A DNA stretch of 64,000 nt from a virus: IMG/VR virus record IMGVR_UViG_3300028920_000048, one strand, 5' to 3'. Within the stretch, counting starts at the first letter, position 1, and each line of letters begins with the position of its first letter. Below are positions 53,209 to 62,536 of the stretch, one piece after another. The notes below the pieces were generated by a model, which had not been told where the DNA came from, searched no databases, and saw only the letters and a program-made list of their open reading frames with translations. Both the position numbers and the translations under genes were made by a program.

Positions 53209-55236
53209 TCACGGCTTCTGATACACCAGTATAGGTTCAAGGCGCACAGCCCCATCGAACACCGACTTGTACCTCATAGAGTGCGTGTCAACGTACCTGG
53301 CAACTTGACGCAATACTACCTGAGCATCATCAAGAAGCAAATACTTTCTGTCACCAATAGTCACATCAGCAATGTTCAGCACCAAATAACCACCAGATAC
53401 CAACAATCCAGCAGACTTAGTTATCAAACGCTCAAGAAACTTAACACGCCACTCATCATAAGTCGAATAACGGTTATGGCTTATACAATCATCGTCGCCA
53501 TACCACTCCTTCGTATAGTAAGGCGGAGACGTGAAAACCACATCATATTGTTCATCTCCAATATCCACATCCTCAAAAGCCCCGTACCTTATGTCCACCG
53601 TCTTTCCTGGAATATCCCTACTCAAAATGCACCGCATGTGCTTCAAGCCCTTCACCGTTTCCCCACAAGCATCTACACCTGTATAACTGCCAGCCTGCGA
53701 CACATAGAAGCCAAGCAACCGCCCCCCAAAACCAGCACACGGGTCTAACACGCTACCACCACTCGGACAGTACCTATCCCAAATCGCCTTAGCAATCGCA
53801 GGACGAAAATTGTACACACCACCAAATGACGAACGCATCTCATTTCGCAAAGCTGATGACGACACAGAGTCACGATACTTCAATGTCCTAACAACTGCCT
53901 TCTCAAGTAGCCCAACATTACCAAACACATTCAATGGACTCTTCCCGCCATTTCGATGAGCCCTCCATAACGACGGAAAAAAACACGCACAAACACTAGA
54001 ACCCGCATTGTAACCAGAATCTATTGGCTCATCCAAAATCACATCAGTCCCCCGAAGTCTCGCAACTTCAACTGCCCTGTCCTTTTTCTTCATCTTTGGG
54101 TAAGGAAATCCACGAATCTGCCACATTTTTGTTATCTTAGCAACCAAACACGAATCATCAGCATCAGATGCACCATAACGCCCAATCGAGCGATACACCG
54201 GTACAAGATCAACACAGGCGTTAAACGGAAGGCAAAAACGCAAACTAACGGGAACCTTGTACTGCATGGACTCATGTAGGTGCTCACCTATAACATCAAA
54301 AACTTTTTGCTTGTTATCCAACCACAAAATAACACCACCATCCGAACGCCACTGCACTCTCGTATCAAACGTAAACCGCCGGTTCAGACCATCAGCAATC
54401 AACTCAGCATCATCACGAAACGCATTGATACACAGTGTGAACCGCCCATCAAGACTGCAATCACTCAAATGTCCATCATCCATATACCAAACAGCCAACG
54501 AAAGAGGCGTTACATTGTCAATCATCCCTTCAGGAAATCTTTTCTTTCCACCCTCGGAATAAAACATCTCATAATATGGGACAAACACAGAATGAAAACA
54601 TGTCACAAAACACCTACCATGACAAACTCTATCATCACCAAGCACTTTTTCTGTTGCCCTCACGCGCTTAGAAAACGGTCTCAATATATCGCGTTTCCAT
54701 CTGAGATACAACTCCTGATTACAACTATGACCCTCTTTGAACCTCGCAACATCACCTGCCTTGCTGATATGCACATTCGCATCGCCAAGCAATGACCCAA
54801 CGACAATCTCGTGTTGACCCTGCGTCAGCGAGTTTGGCAAATCCGCTCGAATATGCTGCCCCTTCGACATTGCAACAATACCAAACTCCTTGAGCCGCGT
54901 CCGCACCAACATTCGACTACACCCAAACCGTTTTGCTAATCGACGCTCTCCCAAACCTTGATACAACTTCTCTAATTCACCCTTCGACACAGCATTGATG
55001 TCCTGACGTCCAGATCGTCTTGCCTTAGCAGCTATCCGATCACGAGCCTTTATCGTTACAATCCCATACTTCCTCCTGTAATAGCCAACAGCAACATCAG
55101 TCAACCCAAATCGCCCAGCAATCTCAGCATCGGATAACAACAACTCCTCGTACAGCTTTCTCAACACATCCTCCGCCAATCCGTGGTCCTTGTGTGTCCT
55201 CTTATCAGACATGGCATCTCCAATCAACTTAATCAT
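53209..55236 (-). CDS. Fusion of HTH repeats, LAGLIDADG endonuclease and amino-(N4/N6) DNA methyltransferase
   Basis: IVVGSLLGDANV and LAVWYMDDG (LAGLIDADG_2); VLDPCAGFGGRL (motif I) and VFTSPPY (motif IV). Confidence 0.8.
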   Translation of the reverse strand: MIKLIGDAMSDKRTHKDHGLAEDVLRKLYEELLLSDAEIAGRFGLTDVAVGYYRRKYGIVTIKARDRIAAKARRSGRQDINAVSKGELEKLYQGLGERRLAKRFGCSRMLVRTRLKEFGIVAMSKGQHIRADLPNSLTQGQHEIVVGSLLGDANVHISKAGDVARFKEGHSCNQELYLRWKRDILRPFSKRVRATEKVLGDDRVCHGRCFVTCFHSVFVPYYEMFYSEGGKKRFPEGMIDNVTPLSLAVWYMDDGHLSDCSLDGRFTLCINAFRDDAELIADGLNRRFTFDTRVQWRSDGGVILWLDNKQKVFDVIGEHLHESMQYKVPVSLRFCLPFNACVDLVPVYRSIGRYGASDADDSCLVAKITKMWQIRGFPYPKMKKKDRAVEVARLRGTDVILDEPIDSGYNAGSSVCACFFPSLWRAHRNGGKSPLNVFGNVGLLEKAVVRTLKYRDSVSSSALRNEMRSSFGGVYNFRPAIAKAIWDRYCPSGGSVLDPCAGFGGRLLGFYVSQAGSYTGVDACGETVKGLKHMRCILSRDIPGKTVDIRYGAFEDVDIGDEQYDVVFTSPPYYTKEWYGDDDCISHNRYSTYDEWRVKFLERLITKSAGLLVSGGYLVLNIADVTIGDRKYLLLDDAQVVLRQVARYVDTHSMRYKSVFDGAVRLEPILVYQKP

Positions 55237-55252
55237 TACCTACTACCATTCT

Positions 55253-55310
55253 ACCAAAAAGAGGCATATCACCAAAGAAAAACCCGGACCAAAAAGAGGC
55301 ATATCACCAA
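55253..55310. repeat. 24-bp direct repeat x2 (period 34)
   Basis: ACCAAAAAGAGGCATATCACCAAA at 55253 and 55287. Confidence 0.9.
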
Positions 55311-55373
55311 AAAAACCACCCTAGAAACTCGAACCCGTGGACTAACAATCAATACAGTCAATCACAGAAAACC

Positions 55374-55410
55374 AAAAAAAGGACCAAGCCCCGAGCAGAG
55401 GCTTGGTCCT
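55374..55410 (-). terminator. Rho-independent terminator after the major capsid gene
   Basis: GGACCAAGCC/GGCTTGGTCC stem plus T7. Confidence 0.9.
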
Positions 55411-55443
55411 ATAAATGACGTGTTACTAAGGACTTATGTCTAT

Positions 55444-56313
55444 TTACGTGCGGGTAATCTGGAGAACCTGAAGAGCGTAAGGGTTATAAGCCCCGATGCC
55501 CAAGTTCTCAAACATACTAAAGCCGATGAGCCTGTTCTTCGGATCATCTGCCGACAAAACCGTAAGTTCTGTGCGCACTGGAACGCGCCCGAAGAACTCG
55601 GGTTCACCGCAAACATACACGGTCCCCTCAGGAACAATACGACTGACGATCAACTTGGCACCCCACAGAATCGCCATCAAACCAGTGTTCAACAAGCGAG
55701 CCTGCGTCTCGATGTCAAGGGTATCGCGGTCCCACTTACGCAAGTCCGCATAATCCTTGGCATTAAGGAACACGTTGGCGACCCTCATGTCCGTCCTCTC
55801 GACGTTCGCAAAAGCGTCTGCCAGAGAATTGGCCGTGAGGTTTCCGGTCACCGGAATGATCGGATTCGGGTTCGTCGGATCAGCAGCCAGAGCATCCATA
55901 ACGGCGAAGACCTTGCGATCCTCTTCCGCCTGAATCTCGGACTTGCCGAGGTCGACCGAGCGCTCAACGAGATCGAACCGGCGAGATTTGATCTCAGTAA
56001 GCTGGATTTCCGGGTTACTGGCGATCTCAAAGAGAGGGAACTGCACCCGCTTGGGCTTCGCAACGGCGACGATGTTCTCGCCTTCCTCGCCGATCACGTA
56101 CGCCGTAATGTTGGGGTCTTTGTCGTAAATAGGCAGAGCGCCATCGGGCAGTTGCTCGACGTAAAACGCCTTACGACCCACGGACGAATAATCACGACGC
56201 CGCCTCAAAGGCTGGATCATACTCGCCGCAAGCCGCTGCCGACCGGCAGCCGTGCGGATGTACCGTGAAATAACACGGTTTTTCGTCTTATTGGAGACTC
56301 GTCTCCTTGCCAT
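55444..56313 (-). CDS. Major capsid protein (HK97 fold)
   Basis: Follows protease, scaffold and decoration genes and is followed by a strong terminator. Motifs (QRLAASMIQP, FEIASNPEI, PEGTVYVCGEPEFFG) resemble, from memory, Bxz1-like mycobacteriophage capsids. Confidence 0.9.
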   Translation of the reverse strand: MARRRVSNKTKNRVISRYIRTAAGRQRLAASMIQPLRRRRDYSSVGRKAFYVEQLPDGALPIYDKDPNITAYVIGEEGENIVAVAKPKRVQFPLFEIASNPEIQLTEIKSRRFDLVERSVDLGKSEIQAEEDRKVFAVMDALAADPTNPNPIIPVTGNLTANSLADAFANVERTDMRVANVFLNAKDYADLRKWDRDTLDIETQARLLNTGLMAILWGAKLIVSRIVPEGTVYVCGEPEFFGRVPVRTELTVLSADDPKNRLIGFSMFENLGIGAYNPYALQVLQITRT

Positions 56314-56382
56314 TTTCCGATCCTCCTCTCAGGACGTTTTTGGCGACACACTTAGCCCGCTCCGGCGGGCAAACAACAATTG

Positions 56383-56886
56383 TCAAATACGCTCATCAAG
56401 CCCCAATGTGGGCGAAGCCGTCGATGGAGCCTTCGTCACGATGCCGATAACCGTGCCTTCGGTACTAAGCTCGTTAGTCAAGAAGTTCTGTGCAGAGCAG
56501 TAAAGCTTCTCGCCAACGGCATACGTCAGGTCAGCAGTATCAGCAGCGTTTCTCGTCTCGTAAACATCGACCTCACATGACGACTGCCCTTTTACAATGG
56601 CGATCTTGTTCGACGCCACGGCGGGGCTGTTGTCAAAAGCCGCTCCGGCAGCATCATTGGCGAACAACCCAACGGGCATCAGCTCGTCAGTACACGGGAC
56701 CACAGTGTAGTCCAATCCGGCGCTCAAACCAGCGACGGAGCCACCGAGCACACCACGGGGCGTGTTGATGCTCAAAGTGTCGTTGGTGTTGACCCCATAA
56801 TTGGCCTTCGTGAAGCAGGTCTCATGCAGTTCGGGGATGCTGTCCATTTGAGCCCGAATCAACAGGAAAAGTGCCATACTTTTCAC
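56383..56886 (-). CDS. Putative head decoration protein
   Basis: Small Ala/Thr/Gly-rich beta protein directly upstream of the MCP. Confidence 0.65.
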   Translation of the reverse strand: MKSMALFLLIRAQMDSIPELHETCFTKANYGVNTNDTLSINTPRGVLGGSVAGLSAGLDYTVVPCTDELMPVGLFANDAAGAAFDNSPAVASNKIAIVKGQSSCEVDVYETRNAADTADLTYAVGEKLYCSAQNFLTNELSTEGTVIGIVTKAPSTASPTLGLDERI

Positions 56887-56927
56887 CTCCTAAGTCTGAA
56901 AGTAACACGCCGTCAACAACGACCCGT

Positions 56928-58253
56928 TCAGTCGTCAAACACATCGGAAACGTCGGGAACATCATCCCAAATCTTGCTAATGCTACGAATTTCGTCGTCC
57001 ACACCACCACTGTTGGCAAGACGGGCCTGCCCGCCCAACCGACGCACACCTTTCTTACCCTCACGACCCTTGGCCTTGCGGCTTTGCTTACGAGAAGACT
57101 TGCGACTCGACTTCTTCGCAACTGGCTCTTCCTCTTCGTCATCTTCGTCATCAACATCGCCGCCGAAAATCACGCTCAGAAGCTCGTCATCGGAAGCCGT
57201 CACGTCTTCGTCGTCTTCAGCTTCCTCGTCCTCATCCTGAGCTGCCTCGACTTCCTCTTCATCGTCATCATCTTCGTCGTCTTCGGCATAAAGAGAAGCC
57301 AGAAGCTCAGACTCTTCCTCGCTCATGTCGATCTCGTCACCAAGTCCAGCCGTCAACTCAATATCAAGCTCGTCTTCCTCTTCGTCTTCGTCTTCCTCTT
57401 CGTCTTCGTCTTCGTCTTGCGAACGACGAGACTTTGCCTTTTTCGACTTCTTAGAAGCAGTCTCTTCTTCGTCTTCGTCTTCCTCTTCCTCTTCGTCTTG
57501 CGAACGACGAGACTTTGCCTTTTTCGACTTCTTAGAAGCAGTCTCTTCTTCCTCTTCGTCGTCTTCATCTTCATCCTGCGAACGATGAGACTTTGCCTTT
57601 TTCGACTTCTTAGAAGCAGTTTCCTCTTCCTCTTCGTCTTCGTCTTCGTCTTCCTGCGCCGTCTCGACCTCTTCTTCCTCGTCGTCTTCGTCGTCTTCAT
57701 CTTCATCCTGCGAACGACGAGACTTTGCCTTTTTCGACTTCTTAGAAGCAGTTTCCTCTTCCTCTTCCTCTTCCTCTTCCTCTTCATCTTCGTCTTCCTG
57801 CGCCGTCTCAACCTCTTCCTCTTCAAGGTCTTCATCTTCATCGTCGTCGTCCTGCGCATACAACTCTTCCGTCGCAGCCCAACGCTTCAAGGCACTGTCA
57901 AGACGCCTATTGCCGAGACGCACGAAGTCCTTCGCCTGTTCCTCAACTACTTCGTCATCAGCCTTGTCACCCAAAAGCAACACAGCTAAACGAACGGACT
58001 TCTGAGCCGCCGTCCTGATTGCTGCAACCCTCGGAATACCAAAACCGATTTCGTCACGCTGGTCTTCCTTCCACTCGTGCCGAAGGTCCGGCAGAGGATG
58101 GTTAACCGTTTCCACGTAGTTGTCGTACTGATCACGAGTCTTGAAGCGACGACCCGGTTGATTCACAGTGCCGGGGTAGGGAATGGCGTCTTCGACAGCC
58201 TTGCGGTCCCTTGCGCGCCGCCTGTCCGTCAACCTGATTCTCTTTCTCGCCAT
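56928..58253 (-). CDS. Acidic scaffold-like protein with basic/acidic repeats
   Basis: ATG 58253 after GGAGG; four ETASKKSKKAKS(R/H)RSQDE blocks between poly-Asp/Glu tracts. Confidence 0.75.
   Translation of the reverse strand: MARKRIRLTDRRRARDRKAVEDAIPYPGTVNQPGRRFKTRDQYDNYVETVNHPLPDLRHEWKEDQRDEIGFGIPRVAAIRTAAQKSVRLAVLLLGDKADDEVVEEQAKDFVRLGNRRLDSALKRWAATEELYAQDDDDEDEDLEEEEVETAQEDEDEEEEEEEEEEETASKKSKKAKSRRSQDEDEDDEDDEEEEVETAQEDEDEDEEEEETASKKSKKAKSHRSQDEDEDDEEEEETASKKSKKAKSRRSQDEEEEEDEDEEETASKKSKKAKSRRSQDEDEDEEEDEDEEEDELDIELTAGLGDEIDMSEEESELLASLYAEDDEDDDDEEEVEAAQDEDEEAEDDEDVTASDDELLSVIFGGDVDDEDDEEEEPVAKKSSRKSSRKQSRKAKGREGKKGVRRLGGQARLANSGGVDDEIRSISKIWDDVPDVSDVFDD
57415..57760 (-). repeat. Four imperfect copies of a basic block within acidic tracts
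   Basis: CGAACGACGAGACTTTGCCTTTTTCGACTTCTTAGAAGCAGT repeated on the + strand. Confidence 0.9.
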
Positions 58254-58305
58254 CTTTTCACACCTCCGTAAGGCTTCTGGTAGATGGAACCGATTCAGAA
58301 CACCA

Positions 58306-59022
58306 TCACCTGCGGGCCGAAGCCACAACACGGCGAACCTGACTCGCAACTCTCTTGCTGTTCAGGTCGATCTGATCGGACAACTTGTCGATGCGAAGAG
58401 CAAGGTCAGCACGGCCATTCTTCTCAAGGTAGTTGGCAATGCCTTCCAGTTTAACAGACGCCTTCCGCATGGTGGCAACCTTCGCCTTGGCTGCCTGAAC
58501 AATGTCAACAGTTGGAACCTCATCGCCAAGTTCATCAGAAACTTCATCAAACGGCATCTCAATTTCATCCTCGATCCCGTAATCCGTCTCGCTTGACGTA
58601 ACGTCGTCTTCGTCCTCGTCCTCGTCTTCGTCCTCGTCTTCGTCGTCTTCGGCATACATGCCCATACTCTCAATGGCGAGGTCTTCCTCGTCCATCATCT
58701 CAACGTCTTCCTCGCCCATCATGTCGAGGTCGTCGTCCTGAGCATAGTCCATGCCCTCCATGTCCTCGTCCTCCCCTTCAAGCATGGCTTCAAGCTCATC
58801 GAGTTCATCCTGAGCATAATCCATACCCTCCATATCCTCCACATCCTCGTCCTGCCCCTCAAGCATGGCCTCAAGCTCGGCCAGCTCGGCATGGACATCA
58901 CGCTGTGCAACCCTGCGACGGCGACCACCAGAAGCCTTGCGACTTCTCTTAGAAATCACCTTGTCCAGCTTGTCGATCTCGGCGAGCAGAGCACGCCTTT
59001 GCCTCGCAGCACTTCTCCTCAT
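58306..59022 (-). CDS. Second acidic scaffold-like protein
   Basis: Duplicated ELEAMLEG.DED..MEGMDYAQD unit; basic termini. Confidence 0.7.
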   Translation of the reverse strand: MRRSAARQRRALLAEIDKLDKVISKRSRKASGGRRRRVAQRDVHAELAELEAMLEGQDEDVEDMEGMDYAQDELDELEAMLEGEDEDMEGMDYAQDDDLDMMGEEDVEMMDEEDLAIESMGMYAEDDEDEDEDEDEDEDDVTSSETDYGIEDEIEMPFDEVSDELGDEVPTVDIVQAAKAKVATMRKASVKLEGIANYLEKNGRADLALRIDKLSDQIDLNSKRVASQVRRVVASARR

Positions 59023-59090
59023 TTCTCTGTCTCCTTTTGTAGAAGAACGAGTGCGAAAACAGAACTTACTGCATTCACTAGAAAAAAGAT

Positions 59091-59100
59091 TATAAGAAAA
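59091..59100 (-). promoter_or_regulatory. Candidate late-promoter motif TTTTCTTATA
   Basis: Upstream of the scaffold-capsid operon. Confidence 0.45.
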
Positions 59101-59121
59101 TTATAAATTTCGCACCAAGCT

Positions 59122-62100
59122 TCAATCTAACGCACTCTGCACTATACGTTCTGCGATATCCGAAAGATGTTGACGGCGCAACTCTTCTCTGGCAAGCCGA
59201 ACTGCCATCATCCCCCCGCAATCCGCCACACGAAGCCCCCGAACCCTACTCGCATATCTCAAGCCACCACCCGTATATTCTCCAGCCGAAACAAGAACCG
59301 GCTGTGAATCTTCCCCAATAGAAACCAAGTGATTGATGACTGCACCGCGAAACGCCGGACTTTCAACCCATGAAGCTTCAATAAATCTCACAGATGTTGG
59401 ATCGCCAACTCGCTTCCCCGTGACGGGATCAATATAAGACCGGCCACAAAGCTCGGCAACAATCCGTCTGACGCCATTCTCGTCCTTGAAATACTCCCCG
59501 AGCTGATGTCTGACATGCTCGCACTCATCATTGTCGTCCAGAGACTCGTGCCCACACCTTGAGCATTGCAAAATCTCTGCAACGCAGTTATGCACAGCCA
59601 CGTCCCCAGCAATAAACGAGTGATCGCCAGCATCATTGACAACATGAAGATTGTTTACAAAATAACACCCACCCACGGGATCATTCGCTTTAACTCTGAC
59701 AAGCATATATCCATCAAAACACGAAATGCGTTCCTTCGACACTGGTTGTTGTCTAAATTTTCGTGTATAGCCTTCAAGTCGAATCGCCCAACTCTTACGT
59801 GTATTTACATGCCAGAAAGGCTTCCTGTCCTGCATTTTGTATGGACCCGAAACTGAAGCAGGCACACCAACGAAACGTAACATCGTCAAAACCTGTTGCG
59901 ACAAAAAAGGACTGGTCGACACCGTAGTAAAACGACTATCATCAACACGACAATGACCATCCCCATCAATGTAAGCTCCAATAATCTCACACAACGATTC
60001 ATCATCAAGAAGCAACACCTCCGAAGAAAACCGCTTCATATCACAGTGCTCACCACACATACTTTGCAACCAGACAGCCAAATCGCTATTATGCACTACA
60101 ACTCTTGTGCTCTTGCCACATTCACGATTTCTGGACTGTACGTACACTTTCTCTAGTTCAATACCTTCAGCATCAACACAAGACTTTACATCATCAACCA
60201 AATAACCTTCATCCTGCGAAAACGTAAACTCCACAGCCCGTGGCAAACTATGCTCATCTTTTTGAAGGTTCCCATCAGCCGCATACAATCCAAGCAGCCT
60301 ACAACGACTTTTCGCCCACACAGTACGCTCTTGCTCGGGACGACCAAGTGGAACAGCTACAAAATCTCCGACTCTAAGCTCTTCCGCCGCAACCCACTCA
60401 AATACCGGATGTTGCTCTTGCAAAACCGCAACAGATTGCACCTTGGGGTTTGTGTTGCAATGAGTCTGATAACAACTACTTGAACACCACTCTCTCATAA
60501 GTGTATCCAATGATCCCGCTCGTCCTCTTGGTAGTTCCTTACCACAACCCTTGCACTTGTCATAACCTCTCAAAGTCCAATACGGGTGCTCTTTAGTCAC
60601 ATAAGTATCTGGACGACCCACCAATGACAGCCTTCGCAATTCTCCATCCGAACACAAACGCCTACGCTTTGATTCAACCGTACCGACACCGCCAGTATGC
60701 GTAACCACGCTCGCCCCAATAGGGACATCTTCCACACACATCTGTGTGCCATCAGCAAGTCTCACAAGCGTACCATCAAGATGGCAGCCCATCGAAAGGG
60801 TGCTCAACTCCCCACTGGCAATGCGACGACACAAACCAATGTGAATACGATCTGTTTGGACAAGGATATCACAATACCAGACATTAGCCTTGCCGCCTTT
60901 CTTCCCCTCATAAACCACCGGACGAAGCACTGCGTCGATCACTCGACCCTTGCTCAATTCCGGGATTTGGACATGTTCATAGTAATTGTAAGCTCCGATG
61001 AAGGAGCGAAACGTCGACAACAATACCGGATTACTCCATGCGTTTGCATTGCTGTTGACAAGTTCATCACACGGAGACTTGATGTAGTAACCGTTGTCCT
61101 CGGTCTCTACAGAGCAAACAATCGTACAGTTATGCGTCGCCACACCTTCCACGACATAACTTTCATCTTCTTCAACCGAGAGATTATGAATATAACCTTC
61201 ATACTGGGAAACACCCTTTTTGTTGACCCTCGTAACGACTCGGCCAGCAACTTTCCGTCTACGACACACTTTGTCAGCGACAACAATCGTGGACTTGCCC
61301 ACCCAATTTTCAAAACCAAACTCCTCGGAGTTTTTAGCAATGAAAGACGGCATAATCTTCAACGTGTATTCTGTCCTCTTCCTATGCTTTGGTCTCCGAT
61401 ACAAATTCGACTCTATACCACAATTAGACGCAACGATTTGAGCCTGTTCCGCCAACGTCTGTGATACTGTCACGCCGCTATCGCCCCGAAACCAACATGC
61501 CAACAACTCTCTCTGTTCGGCCAAGTCCCAATCAAAAACTTCTCTGGCGATCCTTTTCCCATAACACTTAGAGCCTCCAAGAGCCAACAACTTATCTGCA
61601 AGCACCTTGTCCTTGACATCAATAACAACGCAATTAGAGTCGGGTCGCCTATCCGCAATGTGTGGTTTAGCACCGGTCAAACGCTCAAGAATACTGCACA
61701 CCTCAGTAACATATTCTTCTTCGTCCCCGGAAAACGCAAAGAAAATGCGATTAAATACACCATAATCACTCGCCTGCCTGCAAGACGTTTGCGAAACCCA
61801 ACCCTCGGCAAGATAATAGCCAAGCAATCTCGCCATGTCACTTCCAACATTGACCCCACAACTTTTGTAAATACCCAAAGCCACGTAATCGCCTACATCA
61901 AGGCAACATGAGTCCCGCCACTCAAAGGAATCCAAATCATGCCGAAACTGATCAAGTCTCTGTGCATAATCTGGACTATGCGGTGAACCATAAACCCTGT
62001 TCTGATGTCCAAGAACAAACGATCTTTTCCTCTTACAGTTTACGGACGCCCCGCAACCACAAACACAAGTCTTATGCACTTTGACTGCATAAAACGGGTG

Positions 62101-62511
62101 CTCTGGTGTAACAGAAACCGTATTTGGGACACCAGAGAACTTAAAATCAAACACGATACCGGAGTACGGTCGTTTCGAGATGGCTCGAACACGCCGTGAA
62201 GCTCCGGTATGAGAAATTACAAAATCGCCAACCTTTACTTCCTCAATGGCTTTATACGTCCCATCAGCCATAAGAACCCGCATTCCGGGAACAAAACAGT
62301 GTGTATAGAGATGGTCCCTGACCTTGATCTTGCCCCAATCAAGGTCAATGTTGCGCTGCGAAGCAACACGCTTGCCCTTAGAGCGAGAAATCAAACTCCA
62401 CTCCCGAGCCGGATCGTACAAGATATTGGCTACGGGGAGATTCAAAGAAAAAGTTCTGGACTTCCTTGCCGCCGCCAATTGACACGCACCACTTATGCAA
62501 CGTCTGGACAC
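59122..62511 (-). CDS. Prohead maturation protease with two inteins (339-aa extein)
   Basis: Extein motifs YYEH, LSMG-C, CxxC..C.H and FIEASWVESPAF; upstream of scaffold and MCP. Confidence 0.85.
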   Translation of the reverse strand: MSRRCISGACQLAAARKSRTFSLNLPVANILYDPAREWSLISRSKGKRVASQRNIDLDWGKIKVRDHLYTHCFVPGMRVLMADGTYKAIEEVKVGDFVISHTGASRRVRAISKRPYSGIVFDFKFSGVPNTVSVTPEHPFYAVKVHKTCVCGCGASVNCKRKRSFVLGHQNRVYGSPHSPDYAQRLDQFRHDLDSFEWRDSCCLDVGDYVALGIYKSCGVNVGSDMARLLGYYLAEGWVSQTSCRQASDYGVFNRIFFAFSGDEEEYVTEVCSILERLTGAKPHIADRRPDSNCVVIDVKDKVLADKLLALGGSKCYGKRIAREVFDWDLAEQRELLACWFRGDSGVTVSQTLAEQAQIVASNCGIESNLYRRPKHRKRTEYTLKIMPSFIAKNSEEFGFENWVGKSTIVVADKVCRRRKVAGRVVTRVNKKGVSQYEGYIHNLSVEEDESYVVEGVATHNCTIVCSVETEDNGYYIKSPCDELVNSNANAWSNPVLLSTFRSFIGAYNYYEHVQIPELSKGRVIDAVLRPVVYEGKKGGKANVWYCDILVQTDRIHIGLCRRIASGELSTLSMGCHLDGTLVRLADGTQMCVEDVPIGASVVTHTGGVGTVESKRRRLCSDGELRRLSLVGRPDTYVTKEHPYWTLRGYDKCKGCGKELPRGRAGSLDTLMREWCSSSCYQTHCNTNPKVQSVAVLQEQHPVFEWVAAEELRVGDFVAVPLGRPEQERTVWAKSRCRLLGLYAADGNLQKDEHSLPRAVEFTFSQDEGYLVDDVKSCVDAEGIELEKVYVQSRNRECGKSTRVVVHNSDLAVWLQSMCGEHCDMKRFSSEVLLLDDESLCEIIGAYIDGDGHCRVDDSRFTTVSTSPFLSQQVLTMLRFVGVPASVSGPYKMQDRKPFWHVNTRKSWAIRLEGYTRKFRQQPVSKERISCFDGYMLVRVKANDPVGGCYFVNNLHVVNDAGDHSFIAGDVAVHNCVAEILQCSRCGHESLDDNDECEHVRHQLGEYFKDENGVRRIVAELCGRSYIDPVTGKRVGDPTSVRFIEASWVESPAFRGAVINHLVSIGEDSQPVLVSAGEYTGGGLRYASRVRGLRVADCGGMMAVRLAREELRRQHLSDIAERIVQSALD
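59587..60786 (-). mobile_element. Intein 2 (400 aa) with LAGLIDADG endonuclease
   Basis: Begins CHLDGT after SMG and ends AVHN before C; LLGLYAADG and IIGAYIDGDG. Confidence 0.9.
61129..62298 (-). mobile_element. Intein 1 (390 aa) with LAGLIDADG endonuclease
   Basis: Begins CFVPG after YTH and ends ATHN before C; LLGYYLAEG and LLACWFRGDS. Confidence 0.9.
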
Positions 62512-62536
62512 GTCAATTACCTCGAACTTTGAACCA

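Noticed and set aside
15460-57989. Long plus-strand ORFs (15460-16596, 17789-19351, 32615-33721, 33857-34849, 55183-56268, 56871-57989)
   Set aside because: They are antisense shadows of well-supported minus-strand genes, with no recognisable motifs or RBS.
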